Shown here in pieces: positions 57,301-64,000 of a stretch of 64,000 nucleotides of DNA (the stretch's first letter is position 1; the number at the start of each line of letters is the position of its first letter). The position numbers were made by a program, and so were the translations under genes. Origin of the DNA: Methanomassiliicoccaceae archaeon UBA472 (GTDB taxonomy: Archaea > Thermoplasmatota > Thermoplasmata > Methanomassiliicoccales > UBA472); the NCBI GenBank assembly GCA_002497075.1, contig DAML01000026.1:128493-192492 (forward strand). Reading direction: 5' to 3'. Below the pieces are notes generated by a model that saw only the letters and a program-made list of their open reading frames with translations, was not told the origin of the DNA and did not search any database.

Positions 57301-60300
57301 AGATGCCGTCGATGTATCCGTCCAGGGTGATGTCGTTGCCGCTGATTGATAACGCACCGGTGATCCAGGCGTATGATTCAGCAGCGATGGACACGGTACC
57401 GGTCTCGATCCAGGCCCAGTATTCGATATCGACGTATATCATCTCAGACCAGGACGACATGAAGTACGGGCAGGTGACCACGTTGTTGTCCACCGTGTAC
57501 AGATAGTCCATGACGAAGTTCGCTACAGCGGTCTCGTTCTCCGGAGGCCAATAGTTGCCTGAGAAGTACGGACCGGCGTACAAATACGCCTCGACGGCGT
57601 AGCTGACGTTCAGCAGCTGGTTCCCATCCATGTGGGAGGTCAGCGCCACGTTCCAGTCCCCAACCACGTTTTCCTGGTAGTAGTAAATCTCGGAGTAGAT
57701 ACCGTAATAGGCACCCTCCACCAGGTTGTCGGAGACCGATATGTAGGTGGTTATGTCAGCATCTCCGGACTGATCGTAGTTTAAGCCCTCATAGCTATCC
57801 ACGGCTACGTAGACATATATGGCGTTGATGCTCTGAGACCCATCGTTTATCTCGTTGTTCTCGATGGTTATGCTCGCATCGTCGACCACGTTGCCTACAC
57901 CGACATACGTCTCGGACCATACGTTGATACCACTGTTTCCAGTGATGTTCAGCAGGTTGTCGGATATGTCGATGACGACGTTCTTGGTGGTGTCGCCATA
58001 GTTGTTGTAGATCACGTTGCCCACGTCGATACCCCAGGAACCGGGGCACTCAATGTAGTTGCCCGTAACGGTAGCGGTCTGCTCCAGGGTGACGCTGTTC
58101 TCGTCCTCGTTGTCTTGGTCGATGTAGACAGCGGAACCTAGGGCGGAATCCATCGGGAACATGGTACCGAACGGCCAGGAGCCCATGTAGTTCTCCTGGA
58201 TCATGACGTTGTTGATCATGTTCTGTTCGACGGTCACGGTCCAGTCGACCGGGTCGTACAGGTACAGGCTGATCCAGCAGACCATTCCGTACGCGTCGGT
58301 CATAACGTTGTTCTGGAAGTTAACCGTCACATCCAGGGAGTCGTTCCCAGTGCGGCCGGTGTTGTCCCAGACCTCGATGACCGAGTAGAAGGCATAGCCG
58401 ACCTTGTTGAACACGGAGTCGGACATGTCAACCACTTTCTCGCCACCCTCGGTGCTAGACAGGTAGAGGCTGATGGCGAGGCCCCAAATTCGTTCGAAGG
58501 AGTTGTCAGCCATGACCACTTCGGAATTACCGTTGAAGTCATAGATGTCCAGGGCGGCGAAATCGTCGCCCACTATCTTGCTGAAATCGTTTCCAGTGAC
58601 CTCCAGGTCAAGGTCGCCGTCCAGGGATATCACCGCGATACCGCCCCTGTAGTAACCAGTGACGGTGTTGTTGGTGATGACCGCGGAGATGTTGCCTTCC
58701 TCCATGGTCAGCAGCGCACCCATCCCGTAGGAGATGGTCAGCGGGGTGAACAGGAAGGCCATCCAGTCGGCTTCCCACTTGGGCATGTCATAAAGGTTGT
58801 TGAGGTCGTAGGTGTCTGAGTACGAGGTCTCCAGTCCATACGGGACATCGTTGGAGTAGGACTCCATGTCACCGTAGTTGAACTGGATGGTGCCGTCGGC
58901 GAACAGTACTACCTGGAAGACCATGCTTAGGGAGTAACCGGAGTACGACTCGGACGCGTACCAGTGGAACATCACTGACATGCCGTCCTCGGCCTCCTTG
59001 TAGCCGAAGAACTCCTCGTAGTTGTAGATCAGGTTGGTATCACCAACCGGCATGATCTCCTGGCCATCGTCGAAGTACAGGTATCCGTCCTCGCCCATAT
59101 AAACGTCGGAGTACTCCACGCCGTTATAGTTGAAGGCGAACGGAAGGCCTATCCACGCGCCTCCGCCGTTCCAGGCGTCATCGCCCATGGTCCAGTAGTT
59201 CCTACCGATCAGCTGGAAGGTGTTCTCCACTTCCTCGACCATATAGACGGTCATGTCCGCGGCGGAGGATCCGTCGAAGACGCTGTCGGTTATCTCCACG
59301 ACCATGTCGCCGAACAGGGAATCGAACCAGTAGCCAGCCACGCCGTGGCCGAGGAACTGGGTGTTGTCGATGGTCACGATACCGCCGATCTGCGACAGAG
59401 CGTGCACACCGTATGCGCCGCCCTCGAAGACGGAGTCGACGATGTTCATGTTGATGACGCTCATGTCCTCCGCGCTCAGGGAGCTGACCTCCACGAGCAC
59501 GCCGAACTCATAAGTGTTTAGGTGAACACCACTGAGGTTCACCTGTATGTCACCGTCGTTGGCATAGGCCCACAGTCCGGTGCCGGAGTTGACCACGGTC
59601 AGGTCGTCGTCCACGAAGGTGAAGTTCAGGTCACCGCTGCGGACGTCGAAGTGCATGGCCTCCCCGATGATGTTCTCGAAGAGAGTGGTGGTAAGGTCCA
59701 CCGGGTTCAGTTCCTCGGACCAGGTCCTGATACCGCCTCCCGCGTTCATGAACGTCGAGTTAACGACGGTCAGGGTGACGAAACCGTTGTCCAGGCTGTT
59801 GGAGTTCACGGTGACGTCGATAAGGAAGACGCCAGTGTCGTTGTTGCCTGCCAGGACGGAATCGGTTATCACCAGTTCCACGTTACCGAAGGTGACCGCC
59901 AGGTCCAGGAAGGAACCGACGCCCATCGCCTGCACTCCCTCGATCTGGACGACCATATCGGCGTAATCCAGGTTCATCGACACCGCGTAGTAGGTTATGT
60001 CCGAGAACACGGTGTTGGTTATCTGGTAATCACCGATGGTGTCCGCTTCGAAGTAGAATCCGTAGGTGGCGTTGCTGAAGGCGCAATCGTTCATGACGAC
60101 ATCGATCACCGCAGTGTTGTCATCATTGAAGGCCACGAACCATCCCAGTTCATAGGTGTTGTTGATCTGGACAGATTCCAGGACCAGGGATATGTTGCCC
60201 TCGATCAGCGGGTCGATGCCGGTATAGACATTGTCCATCAGAACGTCGGTCAGCTCGATGCTGAGGTCACCGACCGGGACGAATGCCTCGTATGGGTCGA

Positions 60301-61570
60301 CAGTAATGGCGCCATCCGTATAGACGTTGGTCAGCTCGACATTGGTCATCGAGACGCTGCCCGAGGTCTCGGAGTAGAACCAGAAACCGTATTCGGTGTC
60401 ATTGAAGGTAGAATCCGTCACGGTGAAGTCCACGCGTGCGGAGTCGTCCATGCTGTAAGCCCACCAGCCACCTACCCACCAGGAGTAGTCGGTGTGGACC
60501 TCGGTCAGGCTGGCCACGATGCTGCCGTTGTAGGTTTCCGCATAGAATCCGATATCGAAGTCGTACATGGTGACGTTGTTCATTATGAACTCCATGTCGC
60601 CTTCGTCGGAGTACAGCTCGACGCAGTAGTTGCCAACGCCATCGAAGGTGGAGTTGGCTAGCTCGAAGTAGACCAGGGCATCGGATTCGACGTATATCGC
60701 ATCATAATAGATGTTCTCGAACACCGCGCCTTCCACTATGAGGCTCATGTCGCCAGCATCATCGTAAAGCTCAATCGCAGCTCCATCAGATATGTTGGAG
60801 AACGAGCAGCCCATGATGTTGACCGTTCCGATCACGCCCGCCTCGATGCCAAGTCCGTAATAGGTGTCGTTGAAGGCGGAGTCGATGACGTTAAGGTCGA
60901 CCTGATCGGCCCCGAAACCACCGACCGCGAAGCCGTAATCGAGGATGAACCTCTCCAAGGTTATGTCCAGGCTACCATTGTCGTTGGATATGGACACCCC
61001 GACGAACGCGTTATAGATGTTTATGTCGGAGAGAGCCAAGGAAATATCTTGCTCCATACCATAGAATTCGCCATAGATAGCAAAGGTCACATCCATCAGG
61101 TTGACGTTCGATATCGGGACGCTAACATTGTCCAGATAGATACCGGAACAATGAGAGATGTTGACAAAGTCCAGAGAACCGCTCGATCCGGACTCGAAAT
61201 AAAGGTTCCCCCAGTACCAACCCAATGAATCATTCCAGGAGAAGATCACCGGATGCTCGGCGGTCCCTTCGGCCACCAGCGATCCGATTACATAGATGTT
61301 GAAATTTCCTTCAAAGACAACGGTAACGTTGTCCTCTATGGTCAGATTTCCTATGACGTTCACATCGCCTGTTACGTTATACACGCCGCCTGACGCCCAG
61401 ACCACATCATCGCCAACGATGTCGCCTGAAACGTCCTCAGCGCTGGCCTGCCCGGCTCCCAAAAATAGGAGCAGAACGAAGGCAAAGGCCAATATACCGA
61501 TGTATAGGGCCGCCCTCTTGGCCAAACTGATTGTCATCTTATTACTTTGCACATTACTTGGACTGTCCAT
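54356..61570 (-). CDS. giant acidic beta-helix surface protein with a C-terminal tail anchor (2404 aa)
   Basis: N-terminal signal/anchor (IGILAFAFVLLLFLGAGQASA). About 2000 aa of degenerate beta-helix-type N/D/G/Y/V-rich turns. A CarboxypepD_reg-like segment (VLIKNAKGEIVYNGTTDADGKVRI). One TM helix ending in MRRRK. Confidence 0.85.
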   Translation of the reverse strand: MDSPSNVQSNKMTISLAKRAALYIGILAFAFVLLLFLGAGQASAEDVSGDIVGDDVVWASGGVYNVTGDVNVIGNLTIEDNVTVVFEGNFNIYVIGSLVAEGTAEHPVIFSWNDSLGWYWGNLYFESGSSGSLDFVNISHCSGIYLDNVSVPISNVNLMDVTFAIYGEFYGMEQDISLALSDINIYNAFVGVSISNDNGSLDITLERFILDYGFAVGGFGADQVDLNVIDSAFNDTYYGLGIEAGVIGTVNIMGCSFSNISDGAAIELYDDAGDMSLIVEGAVFENIYYDAIYVESDALVYFELANSTFDGVGNYCVELYSDEGDMEFIMNNVTMYDFDIGFYAETYNGSIVASLTEVHTDYSWWVGGWWAYSMDDSARVDFTVTDSTFNDTEYGFWFYSETSGSVSMTNVELTNVYTDGAITVDPYEAFVPVGDLSIELTDVLMDNVYTGIDPLIEGNISLVLESVQINNTYELGWFVAFNDDNTAVIDVVMNDCAFSNATYGFYFEADTIGDYQITNTVFSDITYYAVSMNLDYADMVVQIEGVQAMGVGSFLDLAVTFGNVELVITDSVLAGNNDTGVFLIDVTVNSNSLDNGFVTLTVVNSTFMNAGGGIRTWSEELNPVDLTTTLFENIIGEAMHFDVRSGDLNFTFVDDDLTVVNSGTGLWAYANDGDIQVNLSGVHLNTYEFGVLVEVSSLSAEDMSVINMNIVDSVFEGGAYGVHALSQIGGIVTIDNTQFLGHGVAGYWFDSLFGDMVVEITDSVFDGSSAADMTVYMVEEVENTFQLIGRNYWTMGDDAWNGGGAWIGLPFAFNYNGVEYSDVYMGEDGYLYFDDGQEIMPVGDTNLIYNYEEFFGYKEAEDGMSVMFHWYASESYSGYSLSMVFQVVLFADGTIQFNYGDMESYSNDVPYGLETSYSDTYDLNNLYDMPKWEADWMAFLFTPLTISYGMGALLTMEEGNISAVITNNTVTGYYRGGIAVISLDGDLDLEVTGNDFSKIVGDDFAALDIYDFNGNSEVVMADNSFERIWGLAISLYLSSTEGGEKVVDMSDSVFNKVGYAFYSVIEVWDNTGRTGNDSLDVTVNFQNNVMTDAYGMVCWISLYLYDPVDWTVTVEQNMINNVMIQENYMGSWPFGTMFPMDSALGSAVYIDQDNEDENSVTLEQTATVTGNYIECPGSWGIDVGNVIYNNYGDTTKNVVIDISDNLLNITGNSGINVWSETYVGVGNVVDDASITIENNEINDGSQSINAIYVYVAVDSYEGLNYDQSGDADITTYISVSDNLVEGAYYGIYSEIYYYQENVVGDWNVALTSHMDGNQLLNVSYAVEAYLYAGPYFSGNYWPPENETAVANFVMDYLYTVDNNVVTCPYFMSSWSEMIYVDIEYWAWIETGTVSIAAESYAWITGALSISGNDITLDGYIDGIYLYHYAGAQKSSWIWVDVDVAVDNNVLQTLLEEDGYAYDAIYLNSETDVECNDYVITEVGATVDMSWSVTGNEINGFEDGIEVYEEIDLDDGVSCLDYNVDWNISGNTLTDIGDDGISYELDRDDDDTYGTVEMSIAVDIENNIVSMEDIDDSYSGIYLDSCENTSSWEYWDEQNGNYAFVASVSGNTVSHAYYGIEVYGTLYFDVPADYELTGDEVFYTYVNDIVVENNYVNDSWYGMYLEDAMDVRNNIVECDIGADIYGIYWYEAEGEMVGNTITAEIAVYVDYLHHWLVQGNLIQFGATGMYIYEYDDEEDADGVIVDNTITALENPFLPWSSYGIELYDVPNVLIANNVISGADYGVDMYYVWNITIEGNEISDASEAGIYVYEAWFVWVEANTVTGCYYGLYISSYVEDLVVGNNTFMENYYGIYMWDEVHRMVLWNNVFIDNEYGTEIYSYLYMEVVWYVDAQCQSSRSGIYFTGPIYVLAGGSMVVEDAWIEIWGGLTVDEGGLLSMSNVMVDECWFIDVAGTFWASLSVFDETDVNLGPTAEAEIRTSTFYYSDMLVDGCAPVIADNLFVGYGDEYGIVVKNGAAPSIVSNIIALYAVGIYANGMDMGGVYDNLIVANSMAGLLAENCTGAIHDNIFLLNKVEILLRNSDVSVEDNEIGYTNMFQVIANYAPILGHFVNLGSEDSETTTADPQAAMDAILDSSWSDIGSWVKAHNGIWSEGSTVRTSGNVYGLVNYALYAVDSEIHFADDVRTIVLNVPHANDGEMYNYSLNLYTLNGLYAARSQVWVDGSTIEVLDDALVLESSEAWIEGATLLAGDFDYFVFGGSDVYNIATTYAKAKVMDSHSLNEGTWMTLTALDEGDPAANVSVLIKNAKGEIVYNGTTDADGKVRILLIQYSYTSEGKDDGFNPYTITADFESGEKSMDVTLNQSYQDVTIEGEEESDMGAILAVVGVLVIILLIVAAVVVMRRRK

Positions 61571-61737
61571 TAGAAACCCCCTTTAGGTCCCATCCACCTT
61601 ACAGGACCCTGTTTAGTTGAAGAATCATATTTGCGTGACATTACTTAAAAGTTATTCGATAAAATACATCAAACCGTAATAGCCATACTGCCGAGTTAAC
61701 AGGCGTTATAGCGTAATTCGAACTTCCGGTACGAAAA

Positions 61738-62442
61738 ATGCTGGAAGGATTAAGGGCAAAGTTATTAACAACGGAGGTAAAATCCGCCCTCGTGCACAAG
61801 ATCACCCATATAAGCATGGAGACCGACGTTCTGGCGGAGAACAGGCATTTGGCAGAGCACAACCATCAGAAGCTTCACGGCTCCGGCGTTCGCTCGGTGG
61901 ACGTGATGGGCACTACCGGGGCGGGGAAGACCGCCCTGATCATCAAGCTCTCCAAGCTGCTGATGGCCCGCGGGCTGCGCGTCGCCGCCATCGCTGGCGA
62001 CGTAACCGGTCAGGACGATTACGATCGGTTCGAGGCGGCGGGCGTCAGGGCCTTCAACCTCAACACCGGAAAGGAATGCCACCTGGACGCGCACTTGCTG
62101 GACCATGCCCTGGACCATATCGACCTCAAGGGGTTCGATTTCCTCTTCGTGGAGAACGTGGGCAACCTGGTCTGCCCGGCGGACTTTCCGCTCGGTACGG
62201 ACAAGCGCATGGTCGTGATCTCCGTCACGGAAGGAGATGACATGGTGCGCAAGCACCCCATGATCTTCCAGGGGGCGGACGTTGCCGTCATCAACAAGAT
62301 GGACCTCGCGGAGTACATGGGCATTGACGTCCTTAGGGTTAAGGCCGATTATCGCAAGTTATCCGGCGGACGGGAGCTGCTGCCGGTGAGCGAGCGCACC
62401 GGGGAAGGCCTGGAAGCCCTGGTGGAAGCGCTGCTGGGCTGA
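61738..62442 (+). CDS. hypB: hydrogenase nickel-incorporation GTPase HypB
   Basis: P-loop GTTGAGKT, ENVGNLVCPADF, and NKMDL (NKxD) motifs. Confidence 0.88.
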   Translation: MLEGLRAKLLTTEVKSALVHKITHISMETDVLAENRHLAEHNHQKLHGSGVRSVDVMGTTGAGKTALIIKLSKLLMARGLRVAAIAGDVTGQDDYDRFEAAGVRAFNLNTGKECHLDAHLLDHALDHIDLKGFDFLFVENVGNLVCPADFPLGTDKRMVVISVTEGDDMVRKHPMIFQGADVAVINKMDLAEYMGIDVLRVKADYRKLSGGRELLPVSERTGEGLEALVEALLG

Positions 62443-62485
62443 GCATCAATTCATTTAATAAAGCTCAGCGCCATCCCCGAAGCGC

Positions 62486-63808
62486 ATGACCGCGAAGGTG
62501 CTGGTTGTCGGCGGAGGGGGGCGGGAGCACGCCATCGTCGAGGCTTTGATCAGGGACGGCGCGACGGTCTACGTCGCAATGAAGAACCACAACCCGGGGA
62601 TCGCCCGTTCGGCCCAAGAGTTCAAGCTGATCAAGGAGACCGACCTGCTCAAGGTCGCCGAGTTCGCCACCTCCTGTGGCGCTGAACTGGCGGTCATCGG
62701 TCCCGAGGCCCCGCTAGAGGTCGGCCTTGCTGACGAGCTGCTGAGGAGGGGCGTCGGATGCGTCGGCCCTTCCCAATCCGCGGCACGGCTTGAAACATCC
62801 AAGCGGTTCGCCCGCCGCCTGCTTAAGAAGCACGCCATCCCCGGGAACGTTGCTTTCGGCACCTTCCAGGACTTTGGATCGGCGAAATTGTTCGTTGATG
62901 ATTTCTCAGGCGAGCTGGTCGTCAAACCGGAAGGGCTCACCGGCGGAAAGGGCGTCAAGGTAGAGGGAGAGCATCTGGAAGGAAAGGAAGGAGTGCTCTC
63001 GTACGTCAAGGAGGTTCTGGACCACAAGATCGGCGGGGCCGGCGTGGTGCTCGAAGAGCGCCTGGTCGGGGAGGAGTTCACCCTGCAGGCCTTCTGCGAT
63101 GGACGGAACGTCAGAGGTATGCCCCTGGTGCAGGACCACAAGCGGGCGTACGACGGGGACGTCGGTCCGAACACCGGCGGCATGGGTTCTTACACCGACG
63201 CTGACCACCTGCTGCCGTTCGTGACCGAGGAAGAGCGCCTGAAGGCGCTGGAGATAATGCAGCGCACGGTGCAGGCGATGCGTGATGACGGTTCTCCGTA
63301 CCGTGGCGTCCTCTACGGGCAGTTCATGCTTACCAGGGACGGCCCGAAGGTCATCGAGTTCAACGCCCGATTCGGCGATCCGGAGGCGATGAACGTTCTG
63401 ACGCTGCTCCAGAACGGCTTCCTGGAAGTGTGCCAGGGTGTCGCCGACGGAAAGTTATCAACGGACGTTCCGTTCCTCAGAAAGGCCACGGTGTGCAAGT
63501 ACGTCGTTCCGGCCGGATACGGTACGGAATCCAAGGCCGGGCGGCCGGTCATGGTGAACGAAAAGAAGCTGGCAGCCACTGGTGCCCGCCTCTACTACGC
63601 GGCGGTGGACGAGAAGGACGGCGTTGTATTGACGACATCGTCCCGCACCCTGGGCGTGGTGGGGATGGCCGATTCCATCGAGGAGGCGGAGGCGATATGC
63701 GAGGCCGGGCTCGAGCACGTGCAGGGCGAGATATTCGTCCGTCACGACATTGGAAAGAGGGAGCTGGTGCGCCGAAGGGTGGAGCACATGCTCCAGGTCC
63801 GGAGCTGA
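62486..63808 (+). CDS. purD: phosphoribosylamine-glycine ligase
   Basis: MKVLVVGGGGREHA-type N-terminus, an ATP-grasp core, and EFNARFGDPE. Confidence 0.93.
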   Translation: MTAKVLVVGGGGREHAIVEALIRDGATVYVAMKNHNPGIARSAQEFKLIKETDLLKVAEFATSCGAELAVIGPEAPLEVGLADELLRRGVGCVGPSQSAARLETSKRFARRLLKKHAIPGNVAFGTFQDFGSAKLFVDDFSGELVVKPEGLTGGKGVKVEGEHLEGKEGVLSYVKEVLDHKIGGAGVVLEERLVGEEFTLQAFCDGRNVRGMPLVQDHKRAYDGDVGPNTGGMGSYTDADHLLPFVTEEERLKALEIMQRTVQAMRDDGSPYRGVLYGQFMLTRDGPKVIEFNARFGDPEAMNVLTLLQNGFLEVCQGVADGKLSTDVPFLRKATVCKYVVPAGYGTESKAGRPVMVNEKKLAATGARLYYAAVDEKDGVVLTTSSRTLGVVGMADSIEEAEAICEAGLEHVQGEIFVRHDIGKRELVRRRVEHMLQVRS

Positions 63809-63842
63809 GCAAGCTTTTCATATCCCCCGGCAATCTACCCTC

Positions 63843-64000
63843 ATGCAGAACCTGGAGCACATCGCCCAGAGGATACAGGACTCCCTGGAGGAGAAGGATA
63901 CCGTCAGGGAGATCGCCATAAAGTCCTCCCGCGCCCTGATCAGAATGTCCAGCGGGGTGGTCCACGGGATGCACAAGGGCATTGACGGCACCGACGCGCT
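63843..64000 (+). CDS. translin-family protein, 5' fragment (runs off the window)
   Basis: ATG at 63843. LEHIAQRIQDSLEEKDTVREIAIKSSRALIRMSSGVVHGMHKG resembles the N-termini of archaeal translin-like (COG2178) proteins. Only 52 codons are visible. Confidence 0.5.
   Translation, partial: MQNLEHIAQRIQDSLEEKDTVREIAIKSSRALIRMSSGVVHGMHKGIDGTDA

Noticed and set aside
6439-62442. hypE and hypB are present 55 kb apart with no hydrogenase structural genes in the window
   Set aside because: Scattered hyp maturation genes are common, and the hydrogenase may lie elsewhere in the genome. This is not evidence of anything unusual.

Overview
High-GC archaeal chromosomal window. The archaeal call rests on GatD/GatE, ribosomal protein S17e, ThyX, HypB/HypE, an NFACT/RqcH-like protein, AT-rich TATA-type intergenic regions and four tRNA genes. 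Most of it is ordinary housekeeping or conserved-hypothetical coding sequence, tightly packed and often joined by ATGA start/stop overlaps. The standout is a ~17.7 kb low-GC island (12175-29915) integrated into the 3' end of tRNA-Val. It is bounded by an exact 14-bp direct repeat and carries a tyrosine recombinase. The island has no recognisable replication, virion or conjugation genes. Its cargo is one 10.8 kb gene for a 3610-aa secreted protein: a BNR-like N-terminal region, 19 tandem Fn3-like repeats, a PPC-like domain, Asp-rich calcium-type repeats and a polytopic C-terminal membrane module. Downstream come a small 2-TM gene, a 5'-truncated paralog of the giant gene's C-terminal module, and a second small 2-TM gene. 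This layout (main gene, small partner, orphan C-terminal cassette, small partner) resembles polymorphic-toxin/CDI/Rhs loci and is my best candidate for an undescribed system. No toxin domain is recognisable, so that reading is a hypothesis. Other notable items: two more large acidic beta-helix surface proteins (750 and 2404 aa) with a shared C-terminal tail anchor; a RavA/MoxR-like AAA+ ATPase with a C2H2-like zinc finger paired with a VWA protein; an agmatine-to-putrescine pair (aguB/aguA); and an ArsA/ArsD-like pair. No CRISPR array, rRNA or transposase was seen. Every homology call is by eye from motifs; no database search was run.
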